Shown: one piece after another, positions 27,884-36,206 of the stretch
Layout of the letters: each line of letters starts with the position of its first letter
Numbering within the stretch: the first letter of the stretch is position 1
NCBI GenBank assembly: GCA_964618725.1
Contig: CAZUBK010000002.1
Span: 131,992 to 195,991 of the forward strand
Length of the DNA stretch: 64,000 bases
Source: an uncultured Pseudomonadales bacterium
GTDB lineage: Bacteria > Patescibacteriota > Microgenomatia > UBA1400 > Chazhemtobacteraceae
Direction: 5' to 3'
The notes under the pieces: generated by a model
Databases searched by the model: none
What the model saw: the letters and a program-made list of their open reading frames with translations, nothing else
Told to the model about the DNA's origin: nothing
Position numbers and translations under genes: made by a program

Positions 27884-28337
27884 TGTCTTCTTCGTCTATG
27901 ATGACGCTAAGTACTTCCCAAGCTCCGTAGGCTTCGTCGTCTTGATCGGCGACGACCTTGAGTTCGCGAGGGTAGGGATCACGATCTTCTCGATTCTCGT
28001 AATAATAGTCGTCCCAAACGTCTATGTTGTCATGGTCGTCCTCTTCATAGTCGTCGCTCCAGTCGTCTTTGACGGTATTGTCGACGGGGTCCCAGTCATC
28101 GTCATCCCAATCGCCGTCGTCCCAAATGTCATCAGGATAGTTGTAACCGTCCCAATCCTCCCAATCACGGTCGTCTTGGTCGAACCAAAAAAGGTCAATT
28201 CGTCTTTGTTGTTCGAGATCTTGATCGTCAACCAGGCGATCAGCCAAATACTGATCATATTGAACCAGAACTGAAAAAGGCGAATTGCCACGACGAACTG
28301 ACTGGAGCTTGGCATTCGCGATATGAAAATTGGTCAT
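27825..28337 (-). CDS. hyper-acidic D/W/E/Y-rich region ending in NodB motif 1 (LIFDESPDG); probable N-terminal part of the deacetylase
   Basis: GGAGG SD 4-5 nt before the ATG. About 40% D+E and about 9% W (DWDDDDWD repeats). The C-terminus matches the TFDDGP motif of CE4 enzymes. Confidence 0.5.
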   Translation of the reverse strand: MTNFHIANAKLQSVRRGNSPFSVLVQYDQYLADRLVDDQDLEQQRRIDLFWFDQDDRDWEDWDGYNYPDDIWDDGDWDDDDWDPVDNTVKDDWSDDYEEDDHDNIDVWDDYYYENREDRDPYPRELKVVADQDDEAYGAWEVLSVIIDEEDNDYWDNLIFDESPDGLWSS

Positions 28338-28416
28338 AATTCCTCCAGGTGATGGAAAATGAGCGAGAAGGATATTTAAGCATGAAAGTGAGGTTGTGTC
28401 AACTATTATAAGGTGG

Positions 28417-28444
28417 AAAAGGCGACCGGTTAAGGTCGCCTTTT
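28417..28444 (-). terminator. intrinsic terminator after acidic protein 2
   Basis: aaaaggcgacc-ggttaa-ggtcgcctttt hairpin. Confidence 0.4.
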
Positions 28445-28456
28445 GAAAAAATCTGG

Positions 28457-28975
28457 TTATTCCCAGTAGTCGGGTCCACCCTCTCCATCACCGTAGTAGA
28501 CGTGGGTTAGAGGATAATCGTCATCACCCTCTTCTTCAGGGTCATAGGGCACATCGTCGGCGTACTTGTCCCAGTAATAGTCATCCCAGGCTGCCTCGGC
28601 GTCGGCTTCGTCTTGGGCTGCCTGATCAGCCAGCCATTCGTCGAGCATTTCGCCGAAGGCCTCTTCCATTTCGGCATTGATGCGTGCGATTTCTTCCTGA
28701 TTCTCTTTGATGTACAGATCCCAGAGGTCGGCATCCGAAAGATGGGATGGCTCGGCCTGAGAGTCATCGAACATGGCCTGATAGGCGACCTCTTCTTCCG
28801 CCAAGTGGGTCTGATACTCAAGCTCGTATTGACGGTCTTCCTCCTCGCGGAGGAGACGCTCTTCCTCCTGCTGGCGGAAATAGTCCTTCAGGTCTTTCTT
28901 GGAGGCGGCGTTGACGGCGTGGGGGAAGAAACGATAAAGGAATTCGAACCAGAGTTCGTGAATTTTTGAGAACAT
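28457..28975 (-). CDS. hyper-acidic E/D/W/Y-rich protein (172 aa), paralogous in composition to 27825-28337
   Basis: AAGGAG SD 7 nt before the ATG. Putative TTGACA-18-TACAGT promoter at 29024-29053. About 35% D+E, with DYW/DDYYWD motifs. Confidence 0.55.
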   Translation of the reverse strand: MFSKIHELWFEFLYRFFPHAVNAASKKDLKDYFRQQEEERLLREEEDRQYELEYQTHLAEEEVAYQAMFDDSQAEPSHLSDADLWDLYIKENQEEIARINAEMEEAFGEMLDEWLADQAAQDEADAEAAWDDYYWDKYADDVPYDPEEEGDDDYPLTHVYYGDGEGGPDYWE

Positions 28976-29065
28976 TTGATTGCTCCTTTAAACTGGATAA
29001 GGTGCGAGAGGTGTAACTGACGTTACTGTATCACGTTATGGGGCTTTTTGTCAAGTTGTCTGGCC

Positions 29066-30844
29066 TCAGAAGGGGATTTTGAAGGCCTCGGGAGGAATGT
29101 TGACGGAGCCGAAGGACTTCATGCGTTTTTTGCCTTTTTTCTGCTTTTCTAGGAGCTTGGTACGCCTAGTATTGTCTCCTCCGTAAAGCTTGGCAGTGAC
29201 GTCTTTTCTGAAGGATTTGACGGTTTCCCGGGCGATAATGCTACCACCAATGGCGACTTGGATTGGGATCTCAAACTGGTGGCGGGGGACAGCTTCCTTG
29301 AGGTGGGCGGCCAGGCGACGAGCCAAACTTTCGGCATTTTGGGTAACAACGAGAGTGGAGAGGGGCTCGATTTTCTCTTTGTTGAGATAAACGTCGAGTT
29401 TAATCAATTTGACTGTTTGATAGTCATAGGGCTGATAGTCAAACGTGGCGAAGCCCTGAGAGACGGATTTAATGGCATCTTGGAGGCCAGTGATGACTTC
29501 GATGAGGGGGATGGTGTAAGAAAGCTCCACTGAGTGGGGAAGATAGCGGGTATCGATTAGGGTACCGCGTTTGCTTTCAAGAACTTGGATGAGGGGGCCG
29601 ACATAGGTAGCGGGAGTGAGAAGAGTGACGAGGCTAACTGGCTCCCGGGCGTCTTTTATGGTGGCTGGGTCAGGGTAGTCGGTGGCGCGATTGATGCGGA
29701 TGGTTTCCCCGGAAATAAGATCAAGTTCATATTCAACCGAGGGGGCAGTATATGTAACCTGCAATTCAAATTCGCGCTCGAGGCGTTCTTTGATAACGTC
29801 AGCATGGAGGAGGCCCAGGAAGCCGACTCTAACGCCGTTACCCATAGCAGGAGAGCTTGTCGGGGTATAGGTGAGAGCGGCATCGGAAAGTTTCAGCTTG
29901 GCGATGGCGTCGAGAAGCAATTGGTAATCGACAGTGTCGAGGGGATAGATCTCAAGATAGACATTGGGGCGGATTTGGCGATAGCCGGGGAGTGCGGATA
30001 CGTCTGGAGAGGAGACGGTGGTGATCGTGTCACCTACTTGGACGTCCTCAAGGCTTTTGAGCCCAGTGGCAATATAGCCGACCTGACCGGTTTGTAGACT
30101 TTGGGTTTGCGTCATACCGGGCCTAAATATACCGATTTGTTTGGGGACGATTTCTTTATGGGTAGCCAGAAACTTGAGTCTTGATAGATGGTCGAGTTGG
30201 CCGTCGATAACACGAATAAAGGCAACGACCCCGAGATGGGGATGGAAAAAGGAATTGAAGACAAGAGCTCTGAGGGGTCGGACAGAATGACTGGAGGGAG
30301 CGGGGATTTGATCAATAACAGCAGAAAGAATCTGCTCGACATTTTGGCCGGTTTTAGCTGAGATATGGATAAAATGGTCGAGATCGGGAAAGAGACTTTT
30401 AAGAGATTCCTCGGTTTTCTCCGGCTCGGCCAGATCGGCGTCGATTTTGTTGATGATGGGGATAACTTTAAGTTTCTGGGCCTCAGCAAGTCTTAGGTTG
30501 GCCAAAGTCTGGGCTTGGATGCCTTTGGTGGCATCGATGAGAAGGAGGGCGCCTTCGCAGGCGGCGAGGCTCCGTTCTACCTCATAGTTAAAGTCGATGT
30601 GACCGGGGGTATCAATGAGATTGAGTTGATAATCTTGGCCTTTGTAGGGGAAATCTAGAGTGACGGGAGCAAGCTTAATGGTGATACCGCGCTCCTGTTC
30701 GATGGGGTTGCTGTCAAGAAGTCGCTGCTTGAGGTCTCGCTTTGAGACGGTATGGGTCTGCTCAAGAAGACGGTCAGTGAGAGTAGTCTTGCCATGATCG
30801 ATATGGGCAATGATACTGAAATTACGAATGTTAGATTGATTCAC
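29066..30844 (-). CDS. lepA: elongation factor 4 (LepA)
   Basis: IIAHIDHGKTTL G domain plus the LepA-specific C-terminal domain. 592 aa. Confidence 0.9.
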   Translation of the reverse strand: MNQSNIRNFSIIAHIDHGKTTLTDRLLEQTHTVSKRDLKQRLLDSNPIEQERGITIKLAPVTLDFPYKGQDYQLNLIDTPGHIDFNYEVERSLAACEGALLLIDATKGIQAQTLANLRLAEAQKLKVIPIINKIDADLAEPEKTEESLKSLFPDLDHFIHISAKTGQNVEQILSAVIDQIPAPSSHSVRPLRALVFNSFFHPHLGVVAFIRVIDGQLDHLSRLKFLATHKEIVPKQIGIFRPGMTQTQSLQTGQVGYIATGLKSLEDVQVGDTITTVSSPDVSALPGYRQIRPNVYLEIYPLDTVDYQLLLDAIAKLKLSDAALTYTPTSSPAMGNGVRVGFLGLLHADVIKERLEREFELQVTYTAPSVEYELDLISGETIRINRATDYPDPATIKDAREPVSLVTLLTPATYVGPLIQVLESKRGTLIDTRYLPHSVELSYTIPLIEVITGLQDAIKSVSQGFATFDYQPYDYQTVKLIKLDVYLNKEKIEPLSTLVVTQNAESLARRLAAHLKEAVPRHQFEIPIQVAIGGSIIARETVKSFRKDVTAKLYGGDNTRRTKLLEKQKKGKKRMKSFGSVNIPPEAFKIPF

Positions 30845-30880
30845 TCGGACATTTTACCCCATAAAGACGACAAAAGGGGA

Positions 30881-32536
30881 TTACTGTGAGCCATTACCGG
30901 GATGGGTCTCGATCACTTCGTCGGTGGACTTGAGAATGGAGCGCCAGTTGCCGACCTTGGTAAGGAGTTTGCCAACAGTTTCTAGTTGGGGAATTTTGAG
31001 AAAGAAGCTTAGAGAAAAATAGACTAAGAGTCCAATGATTGAAGCAATAGAAGTAAGAAAAAGGAGAGGGAGGGTGTGGGTAGTGTCGAAGACAAATTGG
31101 TCGAGAAGGCGCATTGGACCCCAGAGAAAGACGCCGGTAAAGATGGTGGCGAGAATCATTTTAAGAGAGTCGAGATAGATGTAGAGACGACCTAATTGTT
31201 TTTGAAGAAGGGCAATGAGAAAAAAAACACTTAAAGTATTGGCGATACTGGTGCCGATGGCCAGACCTTGAATGCCGGTCTTAAAGACAACGGCGAGGAG
31301 ATAGCTTAAGGCGAGATGGATAATGACGGTGACAAGACTGATGAAGAAAGGGGTTTTGGTATTGTGAAGGGCATAAAAAGAGCGGACTAAAACGTGGGAA
31401 ATGGCTTGGGGGGCGATGGATAGGGTGAGGAGAGCAAGAACGCGGCTGGTCTCAAGAGTGGCTTCCCAAGGGAAATTACGTGAGCCAAAGGTGAGGCGAA
31501 CTATGGGAAGACGAAGGACTAAAAGCAGGGCGGTAGCCGGAAGAGAGAAGAAGAGAATTTGAAGCAGAGAGTGGCTAAGGGTCGTTTTGAATTGCTGATA
31601 GTCCTTGTCGGCAACTTGTGAAGAAAGAGTAGGGAAGGATGCCTGACCAAGAGAAATGCCAAAAAGACTAATCGGGAGGGAATAGAGCTGACGGGCAAAG
31701 TTAAAGACGGTTAGGGAGCCGGCGGAGAAAAGAGAGGCGACAAAGACGGCATTCCAGCGCTCAAGTTGGATGACGGCAAGGGCAGCAGTGCGGGGAATCA
31801 TAAGATGACGAATGGTCTTAACACCAATATGCCCAGGATCGAGAATGGGCTGATAACGAAAACCAAGGCGAATGCTAAGGGGGAGCTGGACAAGCATGTG
31901 AAGAATGCTGCCAATAATGACTCCAACCCCGGCTCCGTAAATGCCTAGAGTTGGAGTGAGAAAGATAATGCCAAGAATAATACCAAAGTTATAGAAGAGG
32001 GGAGCAATGGCGGGAATGAGAAAGCGTTGATGACTTTGAAGGATGCCGGTGAGGAAAGTGCTGACGGTAAAAAAGAGTTGACTAATGAGCATGACGCGCA
32101 TAAGGTTAGCCATCAACTGCGCTTCCCGTCCGGGAAAGTGAGAGATCGTCTGACTAACTGGTTTAGCGAAAATGAAGAGAAGGGTGATAATGACAGTTAA
32201 GAGAAGAAGAAGAGAGTTGAGGGTGGCGTTGACGAGGCGGTTGGCTTCATCGTTGCCCTTCTTTAGATATTCGCTGTAGACGGGGATGAAAGCGGCGGAA
32301 AGGGCACCAACGACAAGGAGCTGAAAGACTGAGTCGGGGATGACAAAGGCAGCGAAGTAGACGTCGAGGTCGGACTCGAGTCCGCCAAAGAAACGGGCGG
32401 CGAGAAGGCGGTTTCTGATTAAGCCAAGACCAGCAGAGAGAAGATAGGAGAAGGCAATAACAAAGGCAGCGGAGAGGATGCTGCTACTTTGGCGAGAGAG
32501 AATGGCTTGGGAGCGCTTGATGAAAGTTTTAACCAT
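30881..32536 (-). CDS. murJ: lipid II flippase MurJ/MviN
   Basis: 14-TM MOP-superfamily protein with MviN N-terminal motifs. 551 aa. Confidence 0.8.
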   Translation of the reverse strand: MVKTFIKRSQAILSRQSSSILSAAFVIAFSYLLSAGLGLIRNRLLAARFFGGLESDLDVYFAAFVIPDSVFQLLVVGALSAAFIPVYSEYLKKGNDEANRLVNATLNSLLLLLTVIITLLFIFAKPVSQTISHFPGREAQLMANLMRVMLISQLFFTVSTFLTGILQSHQRFLIPAIAPLFYNFGIILGIIFLTPTLGIYGAGVGVIIGSILHMLVQLPLSIRLGFRYQPILDPGHIGVKTIRHLMIPRTAALAVIQLERWNAVFVASLFSAGSLTVFNFARQLYSLPISLFGISLGQASFPTLSSQVADKDYQQFKTTLSHSLLQILFFSLPATALLLVLRLPIVRLTFGSRNFPWEATLETSRVLALLTLSIAPQAISHVLVRSFYALHNTKTPFFISLVTVIIHLALSYLLAVVFKTGIQGLAIGTSIANTLSVFFLIALLQKQLGRLYIYLDSLKMILATIFTGVFLWGPMRLLDQFVFDTTHTLPLLFLTSIASIIGLLVYFSLSFFLKIPQLETVGKLLTKVGNWRSILKSTDEVIETHPGNGSQ

Positions 32537-32599
32537 AAGTGAGTGAGTCTATTATGCCAGGATTGCAGCTTTGGGCACAAGCTGGTAAAATATATGTCT

Positions 32600-32911
32600 A
32601 TGCCGATACTAAAGCATGCAAAAAAGAAATTAATTGTTGACCAAAAGAGAGCAGAGCGAAATAAGGTCGTGAGAACCCGGGTTTCTTCGGCTGTCAAAAG
32701 GTTCAAACTGTCACTAAACAAAGAAAGTCTTGACCAGGCTTTTTCAGCCTTGGACAGAGCGGCTAAAAGCCACGTAATTCATGAGGGTAAAGCAAATAGA
32801 TTGAAATCGAGATTGAACAAGTTGCTGCCGAAAGAGGTGGCAAGTGTAGCAGAGAAAGTGGTGAAGACGACTAAAAAAGGGGTGAAAGTGCCAAAGAAGA
32901 TTTCTAAATAG
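32600..32911 (+). CDS. rpsT: 30S ribosomal protein S20 with K-rich C-terminal extension
   Basis: The ORF's internal Met gives MPILKHAKKKLIVDQKRAERNKV..., an S20 pattern. Confidence 0.75.
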   Translation: MPILKHAKKKLIVDQKRAERNKVVRTRVSSAVKRFKLSLNKESLDQAFSALDRAAKSHVIHEGKANRLKSRLNKLLPKEVASVAEKVVKTTKKGVKVPKKISK

Positions 32912-32961
32912 AGAATTGGTAGTGAGCCTGCGTTTCCACTATGACTTGATATAATTAGGGC

Positions 32962-33537
32962 ATGGCTGCCCAAGCGACATTTGCGAAAATAAATCTAGTT
33001 CCTCAGGACGAGTTTGAGAAAAGTTTAGTTGGCAAGGTGCTGCGGTGGACTCTGACCGCGGGAAAGTCAATTGTGGTAATCACTGAGTTCGTGGTTATTT
33101 TGGCTTTTCTATCACGTTTCAAGCTGGACCGAGATCTAAATGATTTGAACGAGGTGATTGAGCAAAAGACGTTGGTAGTAGAAAGTTATGCTGACACAGA
33201 GACACAGATGCGATTGCTTCAGACCAAGGCAGGAGTGGTTGGAATGATGAATAGAGAAGGGGTGGGAGTGGGGAAGAGATGGTTAGAGTTGGTGGAATTG
33301 ACACCCATAGACACTAGGTACAAAAACATAGAATTAGGTAAGAACCAGGTTGTATTAAAAGGAATTGCCGGATCAGAGGCGGGGTTTTCTCAACTATTAA
33401 GGTCGCTGAGTGAGCTAAATGATATTCAAAGCTTGGAGTCGGACGAGATTGAGTTTGATCCCGAGGAGGGTGGGGTTGTTTTTACGATTACGGCAAAATT
33501 AGCAAATGAAAAAGGACTTAAAGATGGCGACATTTAA
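32962..33537 (+). CDS. PilN-like type IV pilus assembly protein
   Basis: INLVPQ motif near the N-terminus, a single TM helix and a periplasmic-type coiled-coil/beta domain. Confidence 0.5.
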   Translation: MAAQATFAKINLVPQDEFEKSLVGKVLRWTLTAGKSIVVITEFVVILAFLSRFKLDRDLNDLNEVIEQKTLVVESYADTETQMRLLQTKAGVVGMMNREGVGVGKRWLELVELTPIDTRYKNIELGKNQVVLKGIAGSEAGFSQLLRSLSELNDIQSLESDEIEFDPEEGGVVFTITAKLANEKGLKDGDI

Positions 33538-34177
33538 AGCTTCGGGCTTGTATGAAGGTTACTTAAAGAATGTGCAGCGGATTTATGAACGCGAGCCAGT
33601 TCTCCAGGCCTCCTTACAAGTAATACTATCCATTTTTACGGTAGCTTTTTTTATTTTCTTTGCGATTAGACCAACGCTTTCTACAGTCTCGACCTTGGTG
33701 CGAAAAATTGATGATCAAAAACTGGTCAACGGTAAACTTGATAGCAAGATTCAACAACTGGCCATAGCCCAAGACAACCTGACAATCTATGGAGAGAGAC
33801 TCAATGATCAGTTGGATGAGGCCATTCCCAAACGACCGGATGTCGATAGATTGGCCAGACAAATCGAGGCAATCTCGATTGAGTCAGAAGCCTATATCAC
33901 TTCTTTAAATATTCAAGAGTCTCCTTTAGTCGGCGAGAAAACGACAATCATCAAAACCGCAGGTAAATCTGAGGGGGAACAATTTGTGGTTTTTAGTTTT
34001 GCTGCGGGGGGTAGCCAGGAACAAATAAGGAGTTTCATCAGCTTACTGGAGAAAATGGAGAGGGGGGTAATGATAACTCAATTATCGATAAAAGGGGCAG
34101 AGACATCACAGAAAGAAAATTTCACTTTGATGGCAGAAGGTAAGGCGACAATCTATTATTTACCGGAAAAGAAGTGA
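33524..34177 (+). CDS. PilO-like type IV pilus assembly protein
   Basis: Single TM helix, coiled coil and a C-terminal ferredoxin-like repeat. Immediately follows the PilN-like gene with a short overlap. Confidence 0.45.
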   Translation: MATFKASGLYEGYLKNVQRIYEREPVLQASLQVILSIFTVAFFIFFAIRPTLSTVSTLVRKIDDQKLVNGKLDSKIQQLAIAQDNLTIYGERLNDQLDEAIPKRPDVDRLARQIEAISIESEAYITSLNIQESPLVGEKTTIIKTAGKSEGEQFVVFSFAAGGSQEQIRSFISLLEKMERGVMITQLSIKGAETSQKENFTLMAEGKATIYYLPEKK

Positions 34178-34533
34178 AGAAAAAAACATCTGCTTCAATG
34201 AATGTTTTGGTCATTGGCCTGTTTACTCTATTGGCGGTAGGAAGTTGGGTAGTCTTTGATGTTTACAGAGCGCTGGTAAAGACGACTGTCCCCGAGGTGC
34301 TACAGGAACAGATTAAGTCGTTGGATCCAGAAATAGAGGCAACGATCATAAGTGACTTAAATAATAGAAGGCAATTCAGTGAAGAATATCTAGATACTTT
34401 GACGCCCCGTTTTTTGCTCGGGGAGGGAGAGACTAGTCCTGAACCAGAAGCGATACTGATTGAGACAGAACCCGAAGCGGTTCCCAAAGAGGAGACGGCA
34501 ACGCCTTCGGGTGAAATAGGGACAGTGCAATGA
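34174..34533 (+). CDS. small membrane-anchored protein with acidic E/P/T tail
   Basis: N-terminal TM helix. Start overlaps the PilO-like stop (ATGA). Confidence 0.4.
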   Translation: MKKKTSASMNVLVIGLFTLLAVGSWVVFDVYRALVKTTVPEVLQEQIKSLDPEIEATIISDLNNRRQFSEEYLDTLTPRFLLGEGETSPEPEAILIETEPEAVPKEETATPSGEIGTVQ

Positions 34534-34570
34534 GGTGTGAAATTATAGTAAAACTAAAGGTAGACCATTT

Positions 34571-36193
34571 ATGAAACTAGAATTGGGGGATTTAATGTCG
34601 AGGCGTATGCCGGCCATCTTAGGAGTGGTGTTGTTGCTTGGCGGTCTGATTGCGGCACTGTTTTTGGTGGGACAAAGCCAAGGTTTGCTCACTAGGGCCG
34701 GGCCAACTTCGACGCCAAGAAGTGTAAAGACAACTAATGTGAAGGAGGATTCATTTACCGTTTCGTGGATAAGTGACACAAAAGTAACAGGATTTATTAG
34801 ATATGGCGAAGAAAAGGGTAGCTTAAACAGGACTCTGAGTGACGACCGAGACCAGTTGTCGGGGAGCTCAGAAATGTACACAACTCATTACATAACAGTG
34901 AAGGGATTGAAACCAAACACTAAATATTACGTCAAGCTAGGATCGGGTTCAAAGACTTATGGCAGTAGTGGGACAGAAGAGCCATATGAAATAAAAACGG
35001 GAGGGGTGATAGCAGAGAAACCCGAAGTCGATGTCATTAATGGAAAAGTATTACTCTCTTCAGGGCAATCGGCCCCAGGAGTCATTGTTTATGTTGACAT
35101 CCCCGGAGGGGCACCCCTATCTTCCTTGACGAGGACAACAGGGGCCTGGACGCTGACATTATCACTAGTAAGAACGGTAGATCTGGCCGGGTATTTGGGA
35201 TACAACAAAGAAACAGAAGTGCTATCAATACTGGCACAGGGAGCGGATCTAGGAACGGCAACGGCAACCGTGACGACGAACAACGATACACCGGTGCCAG
35301 ATATCGCTTTAGGGCAGAACCTAGACTTACAAACAGGAGCAGATGTACAACTACAGGGGAAGACTGTTGAGATCCAGGATAATGGCTTGTCGGCAAATAG
35401 ACTGGAAGTAATCCCGGGGGAGATTGTGACGGTGATAAATAAAGACGGAGTACCACATTCGGTAACGGCAAAGGACAATTCATTCGACACTGGCTTAATC
35501 AGTGGTGGGGGCAATGCAACATTCACCTCGCCGCCGGCGGTGGGCGATTATCCATTTGAAGACTCAGCCAATCCGGGGGTAGAGTCACTGACTGGGGTCT
35601 TGACAGTCAAAGAGTCCGATTTAGTCGGGGCAGGACAGACAGGGGGTGGCTTTGGTGAGCTGGCAGACTTGAGTCAAGCGGCCGAGGCGACGCTTTCCGT
35701 TAAGCTACTGAATCCGGGAGTGAGTGGAGAAAGTATTGCTACGAGCTCTCCGGAGATACGAATTCAGGGGCCAACAGGAACAAAGGTAAAGATAACGGTA
35801 AATTCAACGCCGCAGACGACAGAAGTAACAATAGATTCAGATGGAGTGGTGGGCTGGACACCGCCGAGTCGGTTAGAGACGGGGCAACACACGGTAGTGG
35901 TGGAGTATACGGACACACAAGGAGTAGTACAACGAATTACTCGATTGTTTACCGTCTTGGCAGCTCAACCGTCGGGACAGGGGGGACTGCCCGCCTTCAC
36001 GGCAACGCCTTCGGCGACGCCGACGAGTACACCGAGTGCGTCGCCTTCGGGTACACCAAGGTCAACAATGCCGGCAACGGGGAGTGGGATACCGGAACCC
36101 GGGGTGATATCGCTGACGATTGCCATATTGGCGTTGGGAGTGGGCCTATTCTTTGGCGGAATAGCTTGGCAGATTTATTACTTGAAGATTTAA
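34571..36193 (+). CDS. cell-surface protein: N-terminal anchor, FN3-like, cupredoxin-like domain without Cu ligands, S/T/P linker, C-terminal sorting-signal-like TM
   Basis: FN3/purple-acid-phosphatase-N-like (FTVSWISD...YYVKLGSG). The plastocyanin-like segment (VINKDGVPHSVTAKDNSFDTGLI...GDYPFEDSANPG) lacks Cys/Met ligands. C-terminus is MPATGSGIPEPGVISLTIAILALGVG. Confidence 0.6.
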   Translation: MKLELGDLMSRRMPAILGVVLLLGGLIAALFLVGQSQGLLTRAGPTSTPRSVKTTNVKEDSFTVSWISDTKVTGFIRYGEEKGSLNRTLSDDRDQLSGSSEMYTTHYITVKGLKPNTKYYVKLGSGSKTYGSSGTEEPYEIKTGGVIAEKPEVDVINGKVLLSSGQSAPGVIVYVDIPGGAPLSSLTRTTGAWTLTLSLVRTVDLAGYLGYNKETEVLSILAQGADLGTATATVTTNNDTPVPDIALGQNLDLQTGADVQLQGKTVEIQDNGLSANRLEVIPGEIVTVINKDGVPHSVTAKDNSFDTGLISGGGNATFTSPPAVGDYPFEDSANPGVESLTGVLTVKESDLVGAGQTGGGFGELADLSQAAEATLSVKLLNPGVSGESIATSSPEIRIQGPTGTKVKITVNSTPQTTEVTIDSDGVVGWTPPSRLETGQHTVVVEYTDTQGVVQRITRLFTVLAAQPSGQGGLPAFTATPSATPTSTPSASPSGTPRSTMPATGSGIPEPGVISLTIAILALGVGLFFGGIAWQIYYLKI

Positions 36194-36206
36194 AAGTAGT
36201 AGTAGT

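Larger units (their letters stand above)
27212..28337 (-). pseudogene. acidic-extension polysaccharide deacetylase interrupted by a -1/+1 frameshift near 27825-27840 (authentic or sequencing artefact)
   Basis: NodB motif 1 in one frame is followed within 20 nt by motifs 2/3 in another frame. The downstream ATG has no RBS. Confidence 0.35.

Noticed and set aside
36100-36193. Calling the C-terminal MPATG/LPEAG tails definite sortase LPxTG signals
   Set aside because: The motifs deviate from LPxTG and also resemble PEP-CTERM. No sortase or exosortase gene is present in the window to decide, so I kept the description as 'sorting-signal-like' only.
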